The notes under the pieces are model-generated. The model had not been told where the DNA came from. It saw only the letters and a program-made list of their open reading frames with translations, and made no database searches. A stretch of 64,000 nucleotides of DNA from Acanthaster planci (lineage: Eukaryota). The stretch is from assembly GCF_001949145.1 (NCBI RefSeq), contig NW_019091360.1, forward strand, positions 1,795,599 through 1,859,598, written 5' to 3'. The position numbers and the translations under genes were made by a program. Shown in pieces: positions 12,712 to 25,700 of the stretch. How positions within the stretch are numbered: the first letter of the stretch is position 1; every line of letters starts with the position of its first letter.

Positions 12712-15254
12712 TACTACGTGTACGTGTGCGGTATGACAATCAGTTGGAGTTCCGAGCGAGCTGAAGAGCCGACTTAGCCGGAGTTTACTGTACAAGACAT
12801 TAAACGTGCGTACAGTCTGTTGGTTTGGTTCTGTCCCCCCCCCAAATACTTGTAAGACCCTTGCAGCTGCTGGGGCCAACAGTGACATTGTGGTTAGAGG
12901 TTTTCAATGGAGTATTTGTGTGGCCTTAATACAGTAATGCAGGGCTCAACGTGTGGTGCAATGACTTCCTTCCCCATGTGCATGTAAAGTACATCGTTTG
13001 GAGCTTTTCACGATAAGTTTCGGGATATTGAATTGCACGATATCCCGGTATGTGTTTTACGAATGATATGATATCCGATATCAACATCATATCGAAATAT
13101 CGTGAAATATCGTCATATCGAACAGACTTAACATGTACATGTATGTATCTTGCACGTAAAATGGTAGTCTTGATCAAGACGTTGTAATGTTGTTGATACA
13201 CAAGAAGGCGCTCACAAGACAAATAGCTGGAACGCAGGAACCCATGAACCACAACTAGCCATGCCAGCAAAGTCTTAGGAAGTTGGTCAAATCTGTATCG
13301 TGTGCGCGCACATAATTAGCATAATACACAATGCGCGCTGAAAATTCTCACTGAATATGTATCACACTTGAAAAATGTATCATGCATGATCTATTCCCCC
13401 GACTCCTGTTTGTACATGAGTGTACAATGTACATGATGATGCACATGGGTAGGCATTCACCCTGTTCAGGGGACAAGTTCTTTTGTTAAGGACATTTGAA
13501 CCGAGCGGTAGGAACATTTCTGAGTCCCCACGTTTTCAGTCCCCACAAAATAGGTGAAATATCGAGTGCATGTCCCTACAACTACTGTGCGGGAGCTGGT
13601 GTACCAATACATGTACCGGGTAGGCCTACATTGTAACGTGAACATGTACATATACGTTGGTGTGCCATGAAAAAATGATTGAACGCTTTGATAGTGCTTT
13701 GCAAGTTACTGCTCAAAATAAGGTCTTCCCAGTGTGAAAAGCCAACAAAGTACACATGCAATGCTCTTTGACAGTTCATTTATGGCCACGACCTTTTTGT
13801 AAACTCCTTAACGGGATTTGGAAAGAGTTTTCAAGCAGCAATTATCTTGGATTTCTTAAGCGTCAAACGGAGTAATGACAGTATCAAAGCCCTCGTGATT
13901 GTTGTCTTACCCCTGCTGAACCTCAAAATCAAACACAACTTTCGACCAGTGCCGTGCAAGATTGTACCAGACTATTATGCAACTTCATTGTGGCTGTTCG
14001 TGTATGCAGGTGCACGAACAGAAAATGGGAAGCACCTGCATTCGTAAGTAATGCATGCGCAGTGAGTTTCCCCCAGTTCCGGGGGGGGGGGAGATTTGAC
14101 CAACTTTCCAAGATGTTGTTGCTGGCGTAGCTAGATGTGGTTTGTGCTCCGGCTACATGCACTGTAGTTTTGTACATGTATTCGTCTTGTGAGTGCCCTC
14201 TCGAGTAGCAACAACACGACAGCGCCTTGGCCAAGACTAGCTTAACAGTGAGTGAGGCATCACTACAGAAATTCTGATTGTTAGGAATGATCAATTACAC
14301 AGAGGTCAATGTTCGTACACCATTAATAAATGGTGGGGAATGATACCAATGTACATGTACAAGCCTGAACAAGACAGCATTTTTCATCCTGTTTTGTGAA
14401 ATATCCCTCTGGGCATGCCAGTATACCTACAGATTGGGAATGTGCACTGCACGTCACCTTTATTCCTTTACAAGGTGGAAATGAGTATTTGGTACATGTA
14501 GGTCTTGTGCAATGAGGTGCAGAATGTGCCGGAGTGGTGCCAAAGAGCACCAGGGTGAAACTCTGGCCTTACAAAACACGGATTCACTGGCCGTGTTGGC
14601 ATGCCTTTCTGACGATATGATTTCATATGGGACTACGTGTATTTAAACTGTAGGCAAGCAAACCGCATGGTAGGGCTGTAATTCTCATTAGATGCTCGAA
14701 ACTCTGAGCGATTTCTCAGGAAACTGCACAGTGCCGAGCATCGCATTCGGGTGAAATCAGCAATTTTGTTGGGGTGTGATATCACGGACAGGATAGCACA
14801 GTTGAGTGCTTCCTCATTATGCCTTTGATTCTTCCTGTGGGGAACCACTGTCATGGAAAGTTATTAACACTACGGTTTGCATCAAGAATGTGACATCACC
14901 TAGTGCGTCAATTTGTTCAAAATACGGATATAACCTTTCGTTCCGTCTTCCAAAATTGTTTTCATAATTCATTATCTGTGACAATGGGCCCTAACACAAG
15001 AAAGTTTCACTTAGGCCTTTAGAAGACGTCACTAAGAACTTCTTGTGGCAATTACAAATGCTATCATGCATGGAAATTAGTGAACATAAACTTTCCCTGA
15101 CAGCCTGTGCCTTGATAACTCTCACGGGTTGTTCTTACCAATACTTCAAATAGAAGTGTTTAACTTGATCCATAAACTACCCAAACACACATGGTGGGGA
15201 TCTTTCTTTGGGGGATTTTGGAAAATTTATCGAATAAGTCCAAGGTCCATGTAG

Positions 15255-15910
15255 TCCTTCTTCTGTTCACCACTTCCCACGTTGTATCGTGTTATTGGGG
15301 TGTGATCCCTGGCTACATGGTGTTTCAGGCTTCTGGCTAGCACCCTCCAAACAAAGATTACGTTCAAAAAGCCACATCCTCTTTGAGTGATCCCTGTTCA
15401 CCACTTGCCAGGTTGTATCGTGTTATTGGGGTGTGATCCCTGGCTATATGTGCATGCACGCGGTGTTTCAGGTTTAATGGCTTCTGGCTAGCATCCCCTG
15501 AACAAAGATATTGACAAATGGGAAGAGCCACCAACATAAGCCTGGGTAGCTCAGTTGGTAGAGCACCGGTACAGTATTCCAGAGGCCACAGGTTCAAATC
15601 CCGCTCCAGTCAATTCTTGGTTCATCTTTGTTCATAATCATTTGTAAGCTGCAAGTAAGTTTCCTTATATAAGTTGTTTCATGATTTATGATCAAAAAGC
15701 TGCATCTTCCTTGAGTGATCCCTGCTCACCACTTCCCAGGTTGTATCGTTGTTGGGGTGTGATCCCTGGCTACCATATATGGTGTTTCAGGTTTAATGGC
15801 TTCTGGTTAGCACCCCCCAAAGAAAGATATTGACAAATGGGAAGAGCCACCAACATAGGGATAGATACCGTATTCCAGTGACCGTGGGTTCAAATCCTGC
15901 TTCAGTTATT
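15255..15910 (+). repeat. Three head-to-tail copies (period ~330 bp, first copy truncated) of a unit carrying a tRNA-like sequence
   Basis: The core caccactt(c/g)cca(g/c)gttgtatcgt..ttggggtgtgatccctggcta..ggtgtttcagg..gcttctgg(c/t)tagca recurs at ~15268, ~15399 and ~15727. Confidence 0.85.
15540..15612 (+). pseudogene. tRNA-like sequence (pseudo-tRNA / SINE head)
   Basis: A-box TAGCTCAGTTGG, D-arm gctc/gagc and B-box GGTTCAAATCC are present. The anticodon loop is non-canonical and stems are mismatched. A degenerate second copy lies at 15857-15905. Confidence 0.75.
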
Positions 15911-18900
15911 TTTTTGTTCCCATTTATAACAGATCCACGTACTGTACATGTACAGGTGTATGATAATTGTAAATTTCACAAACCTATTCATGAAAACGAG
16001 TGGCCAACAATCTGGCCAACCCTCTGTGAGAATTTTTAGTCTCTTTTTTTTTTTTTAGATTCAGGCTATATGCAAAAATGCAATGGCGACCTAACCGAGT
16101 GCTACTGGCATCCTGAATCAGCAAATCTTTCACTATCCATCACAGCCATCGCCTGATGATGTCACCACATGAAGCAATAGGCATCCTGGCTGTGTTTTTC
16201 CATCCTCCCACTGATTATCTGACCACGGCCGGCTGGCTGGCCTTCAAGGGACCATACACTGCGGTTATTTCACTACAGCCCTTGAAAATGCACAAAATTA
16301 CAGTTCATTCAACCAATCAAGTTTTGTCTCGCTACCGGCATTTGGAAGATGAGGTATCTTTGCACCACTGGGATTCTTATGCTCATGCGAATGTCTAACT
16401 TTACGGGCAAAACTGTGACATCATCCCTGGGAGAAAACCTCAATGTTGTAACAAATGACTGCTGGAAATTTTACCATTTTGCCGTCTTAAATTTCCCTTT
16501 TTGCTTGATCTAGAGTTCCACAGTAAGCCAAGGAGCAAGTTCCTCAGAGGTGTCTTCAATTCATGAACAAATTTTGAGTTCACTGTTTAAAAGTACACTT
16601 TTCAATACTCTAAACCCCTATAAGATGTGTATCACAGTTTTCATACATGTAGAATGAAGAGCTTAAAGATGCACAGAAAGAGAAAAATCCCTCGCATGGA
16701 CCCTTTGAAAGCCTGTGACTTCAAACATTCAAGTCAGCTGAGCTGGAGTGAGTAATGATATTATATGAAATTATTTTTTTTTTAAATTAAAGACATGGTA
16801 CCGGTAGGGCCACACACATTCTTCTGTAAATCGTTGATTAATCAATGGTCACATTTTCCTATTTGATTAATCTTAAAACTACTGTGTAAAAAAAATAAGG
16901 ATTTCGTTTCAGAAGGCATAGACAAGCTGAAAATGTCTCCGACCAAATTATACATACACAGATTTATACATGCATTGCAAAGACACTTTTTCCCCTTATT
17001 GAGTTTGAGAATTGAGAGACGTTCTGCCTGGCTAACTTTTTTTCAAGCTTACAGAAAAAAAAAGACTGTTCAATTAATTAATTAGAGCCAAAATCCCACG
17101 TGGAAGCCTACATACAGGTATTGGTCAAAAAAATTCACAACTACAATCTTGCTGGCCTAATGCAGATCAAAATAAAAAGTGTAAAATTTGTCTTGTCCAG
17201 TGTGAAAATCAGATTTCCAAAGCCACATTATGACTTTGCAAAGTTTGGCATTCCAAACAAATTCGTCCTCACCAAACTCTTAGACTTCTCTGTGAATTTT
17301 GGCCATTTTTCACAAACGTTCATCCCGTCCCACCTTCAAAACTGTTTGATAACACTCACAGTCACAGTGGATTTGTTCCACGCAACAATTTGAAACATGC
17401 ATACCTGTACATACCGGTACATATCCCTGTGCATGTACCGTATGTGGAACGACACAGCCCTCTGGTTGCCATGGGTACTGGTAAAGTACATGTACATGTT
17501 GCTATGGGATTTGTGCTTGTGGTTTAGTTACCTCACATACTTGTGCAGTGAACAACTGAACATGCTTTGTGCATCTTAGTTACCACTGTGTAACTGGTGT
17601 GGGCATTACCAACAGAAGACTACATATAATTTTATAAAGTGTTCGAAATTGTGTACCGTGTAATTGTTACTTTTTTCTAGCATTAACTTTTATGAATTGG
17701 TCTTATTCTAAATTTCATTTTTTTGTAACTTTTATGTTGTAAATTTGTTTTGTTTTGTTTTCAAGATCGCTGTAAAAATCTAGTTTGTTTTACATTAGAT
17801 TATTTCATTGCCAGTGGCAGTGGAGTTGGAGGCCCTTGGGTCACAGTTTTTAAGTTAACTTTTTCAACTCTTGGTATGTGCCATTGGTTAATCGTTTGTA
17901 CTGTGTACTGCATTGTTCTGTTTTGCATTGCCGTTTTGTATTGCTTGTTTTGTGTTATGCCAAATAAAAAACAATAATAATAATATACTTATATAATACA
18001 ACACAGCGCAATGGAAAAGTGTTGCTATTGTAACAAGTTGCTGGTATATTTGACAGGAAGCTGACAACAACACTTTGACTTGGAGTCAATTTGTTTACTC
18101 GTGTCAAACATGTAACTTGTGCGCACTTGAACGTGTAGTATCTCTGTTCGTTGGGCTCTCACAGTCAGTTATGTTTATCACTAGAATGTTGCCCTTCTCA
18201 ATTCTATGCAAAGGACACTTCACTCTACAGTATAAATGCATGCATGTGTACAGTACAAGTTTGTACGTGTATCCCTAACACTCCCAAATCCTCTGATTTC
18301 AATATGATTTTACATACACCCTTTGGGGTTAGGGGTATAAGACAATTTGAATGAAAGTTCATTCTCATGATGATACAAGGGAGAAACAAGTACATGTATA
18401 TCCAAGATTTGGTGGAGGTGCATGTACAGTGTAAGTGTTGATTATACACGTAAATGTTGAATCCTTTGACAATCTCAATGATTCCTCAGACCACTACCTG
18501 ATCGGTCATTTCGCATGTTGACTTAAACATGCCAGACCAACTCCTGTGCTAAACTAACAGCCCACTGACATGTTGACCGGAAAATGCAGAGCAAGAATTA
18601 CAAACAGTATTGCACCAGAAATCCTGTTCAGTAAGTGTTGACCTTGAGTGGTTCTTCCAAGCCATTGGAGGGGTGGAGAAAAACGACTGGTACAATAATG
18701 CACACAGGGGTCTTTTTCCGATTGTCAAACCATGCATGCCCAAGCAAGACTACTGTGGACCATAGTGTTGTTGTGTCTAAAGTTACAAGGACACGTACCC
18801 AACTGTACAAGTCATGTAACCTGGACATTCCTATATTTATAAGTGAATGAGCTCATCTTAAACAGACAATCAGATGAAACTCAGGAAAGACACATTTAAA

Positions 18901-19085
18901 CAGTTGGCAGTGACAATGATAAACATAAGCCTTCAACCTTCATATGAATACTAATGGAAAAACTCCACAACTTGTACTTTTTTCAGTACAAATCTAAGCT
19001 AACGCTGTCAGAGGTGACTTTGCGAAAAAGTAAACTTACAGTATATCAAACTAAATATGGAACAGTCCAGAACTACATGTATTAG

Positions 19086-19545
19086 GTCATGCTATTTAGT
19101 GTCAACAAGCGTCAGCGAGCGTCAACAAAGTGTTAACAAGTTATTCAAGCCTATTTATGCAAAGATTATTTATGTAAAATGTTAATTAGGATCCTACAAA
19201 TCAAATTCAATGTATAATATCTATCTGAAATATTTGACTGTTGAAATTTGAGTGACAAAGTCGGGTCTGTATGTGCAGTCCGACCGGCCGCCATCTTGTT
19301 TTCGCATGGACGGCAGAGGAAAGAAAGATGGCGGCCACGTACATCACAAAAAATTTCCATTGTCCTTGGAGAATCTGGAAGCAAATTGGGTGTTTCTCTT
19401 AGTCTTATATTACAGTGGCAAGTGTTAGAGTCTCAATAAAACCACTTTTTCATCTGTATCATCTGTAGAGGGTATTTTCAAGTTGTTGACACTTTGTTGA
19501 TGCTACTTGTGTGTGTTGATGCTTGTTGACGTTAAATAGAATGAC
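19086..19545. mobile_element. MITE (~460 bp) with gtcaaca-repeat TIRs
   Basis: gtcatgctatttagtgtcaacaagcgtca ... tgatgcttgttgacgttaaatagaatgac, plus an internal ccgccatctt/aagatggcgg hairpin. Confidence 0.7.
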
Positions 19546-20425
19546 GCCATGCATGTGGCGGGCATGGCTAGTCTGACACCCTTTTTATTATGGTCTGGCA
19601 TGGACATACTATACATGTAAACCTAAAGGACAACAACCGTTTCTATTAACAATGAACAGTCATATTAATATGAAGGGTCGCCATTTATGGGGGTAATATG
19701 GCCAGTATTATTATCAGACTGATAACAGATGCTAAATTCCCAAATGGAATTGAGTAAGAGTGTGGTGGTGATGAGTTAACGAGAAGCATAAATTTCCTTT
19801 CTTTTGAGTGATTCACGAACCTGGCAGATTTTTTTGGGGGGGGTCCAAAATTGCAACTGGTCTGAATTTGATTTCATGAACACAAATTCAGCATATTCAG
19901 AATGGCAAGCAAAGAACCAGATGAAGATTTGTCAAGAAGAAAAATACAAATTTCTCAGTCTCTTTGAAAAACACGGACTCACCAAGAATTCAGTATGACA
20001 ATGGTCCATTTAGCCTTTAGAAAGGATTCCATATATTTAGATGCCACTATTTTTTTCCCACAGTGACCTATTAGCCATCTGAAAGCAATTAAAATGTCCT
20101 ACACGTAAATAGCCTAATTCAGCTGCGGCAATATTGAGGTACTCATTTAGAACACAATTTCAATTTTCAAACCAGTCTCATATTATTTTAGGCCTAGCCT
20201 ATAGGGTCTGTGAACAGGATGTCAAGTGGTGTCCAACCAAGTTAAAGGTAGGGCATTCTCAACAATCGCGCATATCACAGGGACCAGTTCATGGTCCAAT
20301 ATCCACTGCCTTTCAAAGTTTCATTAAGCATTACCCAACATGTCCAACCACGGCCATGCCAACTGGCAACGGTACTGCCTAGATTGACTGAGAGTGACTG
20401 ATAGAATACCGGTACATTCACTTAC

Positions 20426-20532
20426 CACAATGCTTTTTTCTCAATTTCGTTTGATCTGTAACTTGTCTCGTCGGGCTCCGATTGTTCCCTTGACTTCGAT
20501 CGCTTAATAACCACTTTTTCGGCAGCAGCCAT
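20426..20532 (-). CDS. First coding exon of an unidentified minus-strand gene (MAAAEKVVIKRSKSREQSEPDETSYRSNEIEKKAL+tg)
   Basis: aaaaATGGCTGCTGCC start context in a CpG-rich island, open for 35 codons, ends at a consensus donor tg|gtaagt. Confidence 0.65.
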
Positions 20533-20744
20533 TTTTCGTTACAAGTTCAGTGTTCACTAACATTGCAAAGGATGCCATTTGGGATTTAAACCGATTTAAA
20601 AGAGGTGCTAGTTCTCGGCCATTTATCCCACGATCGATGGATCATACGATCATCCGCTGAGCGCAATTTTTACTGCAGTACACCGCTGGCTGTCGTTGCC
20701 CACGTACCGATCACGGTGATTCACCGACCGCTTGGAACAGCTCC

Positions 20745-20921
20745 ATGAACAGCCCGATTCTCTTCCCGGAAAACACAGCTCCACTGGACGGCTATTTCTG
20801 GATAATCCGGTGCGGCGTAATCATGCGGAAATCTGACCCATGGTCACGGTTTAGTGTGAGCAAAACAGGCCGGAAACGACGAGAAATTGAGCGACTTCTG
20901 GACTTAGATTGCAACATTGAG
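20745..20921 (+). CDS. Probable first coding exon of the ZF gene (59 aa, contains NLS-like GRKRR)
   Basis: ATG-initiated ORF in the CpG-rich island. Phase-0 donor gag|gtgcat is compatible with the phase-0 acceptor at 22542. The donor is weak and the true start is unproven. Confidence 0.45.
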
Positions 20922-21764
20922 GTGCATTGCCATGCCATGCATGACGGTGGTTTCCCAACTTTTGTGTACGTTCATATGAGATGACGCACTGCCGGGTACC
21001 AACACAATTATTTAGGCCGAGGTCAAGGTGAAAGGTTACGGTCTGTCTTCTTAGACTTGATATCAGTCCACGCTGGGTTAGCTTGTTTGTTAGTTCAAGA
21101 AAAGAATTAGTAAAAGAAAATAACTAGCATTGAAATCTGCAACAGCTAACATTACTCCTTTGTGTTTTTCGGGGCGTCTAATGTAAGGTTTGCTTGAAGT
21201 TATCTTCAGCGATTTTAGACTTCAAGAAAAAGACTCTTTTGTCTGGTTCTCGAAACTGCGGGTTCAGTTTTGTATCGGCTATGTTAAATTATAGGTCTGT
21301 GGAGTTTCCTGCTCAGTGCGTAAGATGCAAAAAACGTACTTTTGCAGACAGGCAAAGCATATAAACTATCATAACTTTGTGGTGTGCAAACACTGATGGA
21401 AGTACTTCCATTTAGTGGGGGTGTTAAGGGCTCACAAAATGATTCCTGATGAGTCGCATTGGAACCCCTTCGGAACAAAGCCAAGGTTTGTGAAATTCCA
21501 TTGTGATGTTTATTTTATACATGCACGCACATATGCACATCGAGCTGCTTCTAAACTGGCCTAAATAATGTATACAACTTCCATGGCTTGGGACCCTAGT
21601 TCGCATCAAAACGCAAGTAACTTACCGATACGTGTCATATCAAGGTAATACTAAGCTGTTTCTTATCATAAAAGTATGAGGGAACTTCAGTGCAGCTTCT
21701 ACAAGACGACAGAACCTGGGATTTCTCACATTGCTTTGCCCTTTTTTTGTCAATCCAATTTCAG

Positions 21765-21845
21765 ATATTACTGTCTGACTGTAGTGTAGCTAAGTATGTT
21801 TGTCAGGACTGGAGGTTGGCCCAGGACGAGTTGACATCGCTAAAG
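21765..21845 (+). CDS. Possible extra 5' exon of the ZF gene (ILLSDCSVAKYVCQDWRLAQDELTSLK)
   Basis: Good pyrimidine tract and tttcag| acceptor; open in frame 0 to aag|gtggca. Alternative reading: the exon extends to 21865 with ATG 21851 (MTTMM|gtatga), also phase 0. Confidence 0.3.
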
Positions 21846-22541
21846 GTGGCATGACGACAATGATGGTATGACATTGGCAGGCAAGCTGTGTGTAATTCAA
21901 TATTGGAGCCGAAATGTCAGTATGTCATGTATGTCGAAATCGCTCATTGATGTGTCAATATTTGTCTTAATATAACAATGATAAGTGTGCTGGTTTGCAC
22001 GTGCATAGGCCTATGACAATGATTTCAGGGGTGTATTTGTGTCCCATATTGTCCACGGGGCTAGTAACAGAACACGTACTGTTAGACGTAAGCTCGTATT
22101 GGAATGAGTGCACAATGACTTGGATGAGCAGAAAGGTTTAGATTGATGTGCGCGCTGAGCAATCTGTGTTCGTTTTGCCACGTGAACAAGATTGTGCATA
22201 TTACCATGAAACTGCTTAGTTATGATTGCATGCATGCCGTAGACTGTATAGTAGAAGGCACACCGTGAGCATTCTAGGTTCTAGAAGTAAGATACATATT
22301 TTAGGCCTGTAGTCATTTTGAAGGATGAAATTATGCTATTGATTAAAAAAAACCCAGCATTTCAACAATTTATGCACGATGTCATGAGTCATTAGGGCTT
22401 ATGTGTGCATAGCCACAATATAACGTGTTCTAGCTGGCATGACACCAGATTATCCCAAGTGACCTTGCCCTATCAAAAGACAGTGCTGGCTATATTAAGC
22501 TCAGCAGGAGCAGGGTCAACGAGTTGATTGCTCTTTTACAG

Positions 22542-22747
22542 ACCAAGCCAAATAACAACAAACCTAGTTCCAGCACACCTTCCGTATTCCCCAAGTTTAA
22601 GTGCAGCTGGCCCAATTGCTCCTTCACGGCCAAACGCCGGGCACTGCTGAAGAACCACCTCAGGAACCACAGCCAGGAGAAGCCGTTCAAATGCCGCTAC
22701 TGCAGCTACAGCACCGAGTCCCGCAGCAACTGCAACGTCCACGAACA
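22542..22747 (+). CDS. ZF gene internal exon: finger 1 and most of finger 2
   Basis: Acceptor ctcttttacag|, donor ca|gtgcgt (phase 2). Encodes FKCSWPNCSFTAKRRALLKNHLRNH-SQEKP-FKCRYCSYSTESRSNCNVHE. Confidence 0.9.
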
Positions 22748-25700
22748 GTGCGTATATTCATCCAACAGCTAGCCCTGAGTCAATTCGTATAATTTACTAT
22801 TCGAATATTTGACCTTTAATTTGATCAGATATCCGACTGTTCGGTTGCACTGACCGCCAGGTTGTTGATGGGCAAATCATATGTAAAATCAGTTGCAATA
22901 ATGCACACAATTGTACATTATGATCAATATAATAGCTCCTCACATCTAGGAGTATCTCCAGCCATGATTTGGCAAGATTTAAGAGATGAGCAAGACTTCT
23001 TGCCCTGTTGAAAATTTCTATTCCATTTTAATTTTTTAATGAATAATTTACTTTTTAAATCGTTGTAAGATTTCTGATGCTTTTCATTTGAATCTGCTTG
23101 AAACAAGCCTCCATAGTGCGGTTTTTTTTCATTTAAACCAAACGAAATTCCCTTCCTTTTCATGAATTTTGCATTCGATTATTCAAATTTGAAAAATAAT
23201 ATTCAAGTATTCGACAACTGATCGAATATTCGGTTATTCAGAAATCAGCACAGCCCTACCAACAGTGGGGAATGAACCAGCTCGGTATTCCAACATGAAG
23301 CATGTTGGAGGTTATTCAGACATGCGTACAGGGTCTGTCCTGTCAGCGCTGCCCTACGAGGACTAGCCCCTCGCTTTGTCTCCAAATGATTTTGCTTTTT
23401 TTTGCAATACCTAACTGGCTCATTCCAAGCCGTCACCCCAGTGGCACGACGTTCACTATCCACCCGAAAGAGACAGCTTGCCGGTATGTTTTTTTATACT
23501 GGGCTTGCGCAAGTGAACAGAGCGCATTCAATGACCATGCAGTCAAATAGAAATAGGTCCTGCGTGTTCAGCGCATCCAATATGTATGAACCTGTGCACG
23601 CACACATTGAGTACGGACCAAAGGATAATCGTTGCCGTGTATGAAAAAGCGCAGCCCGTCTTATTCCCATTTGGAGCAGACAGGGTGTCACAATTTGTCA
23701 AATACACCCAAAGCTTAAGAACGTGCATTTGTGCGTGGTGCCACCGTGGTAATAGTGTCTTATCAGATTAGTCTGTTGTTGGGAAAATGTTGAACACCCA
23801 AGTTGTGAGTTGAGATTTTAGTGTAGTGAAAACATGCAACTCAAGAAAAAAGGACTAGACCATGAAACAATTCTTACCCCTTAAGGATACAGACACTTTA
23901 GGGCTGTGCTGAATATCTGAATATTTGATCCAATATTGAATACGCGATCATTATTTTGTTGTGTTTGAATATTCTAATGCTAAGTTCATGAAAAAGAAGG
24001 GAGAATTTTCTTATTTACAAAATGCAAAAATCGCACTATGGAGGCATGTTTCAAGCAGATTCCAGACACTTGAAGGCAAATGATACGCCCAACAGTCCAA
24101 TATAGAATCCATCCAAGAATATGGAAATACTGAGCTTTTCAACAAAAAATGAGTGATCCAAGATAATATTGATGCAAACTGTTTTGATATTATAAAGCCA
24201 TAGAGGGACCGTTCATAGGGTGACCAGGACAACACAAAGCTTCAAATTGAGCATGTGACAAGAGAAAAGAAAATGTGTCAAATCCAATTAAACCAACAGT
24301 ATTTGTTCTACGGCCGACAAAATTTTGCCAGCATTTCCACAAGGCAGAAATAAGGCCCAGAGCATATCACCAGCAAAGTTTCAAAGTCTCCGTCAGTAGT
24401 CTTCAGTAAACTCTTCATAGATTACCGAGGTGAATACGTCACATGCTCAGTGAAGTCTGTAAGAAGCATTAGCACTTTAACCAACACACCCGCGTACTCT
24501 GTTCGTTTGCACAACACCCTCCAGGTTCAAAATGATAGCGCTTTTTCGTATTATCTACCGGCAAAGATCAACTGGCCCAGTTTTGAATGGACTGTGAACA
24601 CGCCTTATTTGAATCGAGACAGCAGTGCATTTTTTTTAAAGGATTCTCGACCCTAATTTAATGACATCTACCTGATCTTGTAGTTTTTCTTTTAAACTGA
24701 CAGGCGTATGCACACATTCCAGAGACCACACAAGTGCCACTACTGTGCCTATTCCTGCGTGCAAAGTACGACTCTTCGGCAGCACGTTCAGGTATGACCT
24801 CAAGCATCAGACATATCATGCATACTACAAACTGCCGACTTTTAGATCCCCCCCTCCCTGTACGCATGGCACACACAGTGGCTCCACCCACCTTCCCCAT
24901 GTACGCATACGCACCCCTTGTTTCTCCCTTTCTCCGTGATTGGGGCAGAATGTTAAACATTTTGTTGTGAAAAAAACCAGAACCCGGTTCGGGCAGATTA
25001 CATTTGAGAAGGATTCAAGAAAGTGCATAATTTGTTTCATGATAACTTAATTCAAGCTAAATCTATAGCACTCTGTGCATGTAGGCTTTGCCCAAGAGCT
25101 TCCTATCCTGTATAGACTACGGAAGTGTGACGTCACTTTGAACCAGAAAAAGCAGCGCAAATGAACGGAGTACCTGCGCGCATTTGTTCGCACACTGGTT
25201 CTTGCACTGATGCCTTTTCCACACATAAGTGTGCATGTGACGTATTCACTTTGGTATTCTATACTTACACATGTGAAATAAAATTTGCAAGGTTTGCATG
25301 ATGGGTATACACTAGGCAAATGGTTTGCGGTAACATTCTGTAGCAAGATATCTCTCTCTTGCATGTGTGGCTATGAAAGGGACCGGTTTACTCATGGTTT
25401 GGAACAGTGTATGCTGTCTGTTGTCAGGAGGCTGCTGTGAGGCTTATGTTTGCCCTGGCGCTCGTTAATATGTGAAGATTGAAGCCGAACTGTGGGTGCG
25501 TAGGGGCGCGAGAGGGGAACATTGGAAGGGGACAGACTTGATCATGTTCGCTGAGGTGTGACAATGTGGGATATGGTGCCGGAGGAAGCAGATCTCTGTC
25601 CCCCCCCCAAAAAAGCTTGTTTGAATGACAGTAGGTTCCAGTGTACATAATCCTAACCTTACCCGTTTTTTTTCTGCTGGCCGCTATTCGCAGATAAAAC

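Larger units (their letters stand above)
11876..13127. mobile_element. Non-autonomous DNA transposon flanked by TTAA, with ATATCG-rich subterminal repeats; hosts two MITEs
   Basis: ttaa|gcctgttccatat ... atatcgaacagac|ttaa; atatcg/cgatat repeats at 11900-11960 and 13010-13120. Confidence 0.6.
20400..21000. promoter_or_regulatory. CpG-rich bidirectional promoter
   Basis: Local CpG retention inside a CpG-depleted domain, with divergent ATGs at 20532(-) and 20745(+). Confidence 0.6.

Noticed and set aside
15540..15612. Functional tRNA gene
   Set aside because: The anticodon loop lacks the conserved U33, stems are mismatched, and it lies within a repeat unit.
11046..16155. Plus-strand poly-T acceptors (11045, 11463, 16058) suggesting a nested gene
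   Set aside because: The frames soon hit stops, and no coherent exon chain or homology was seen.
509..18449. Many short ORFs rich in CTCT, HVHV or MYMY
   Set aside because: These are translations of (TACATG)n in different frames, not metal-binding proteins.
18645..18821. Possible second exon of the minus-strand gene (W-LHDLYSWVRVLV...)
   Set aside because: The phase fits, but the acceptor has no pyrimidine tract, the donor is weak and the peptide is unrecognised.
25625..25693. ATG at 25625 as the start of a single-exon 489-aa protein
   Set aside because: This segment contains the branch point, poly-T tract and acceptor, and upstream exons complete finger 3.
22748..25693. Non-canonical or U12-type intron joining the two obvious ZF exons
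   Set aside because: The phase conflict is resolved by the 88-nt exon at 24704-24791 with ordinary GT-AG sites.
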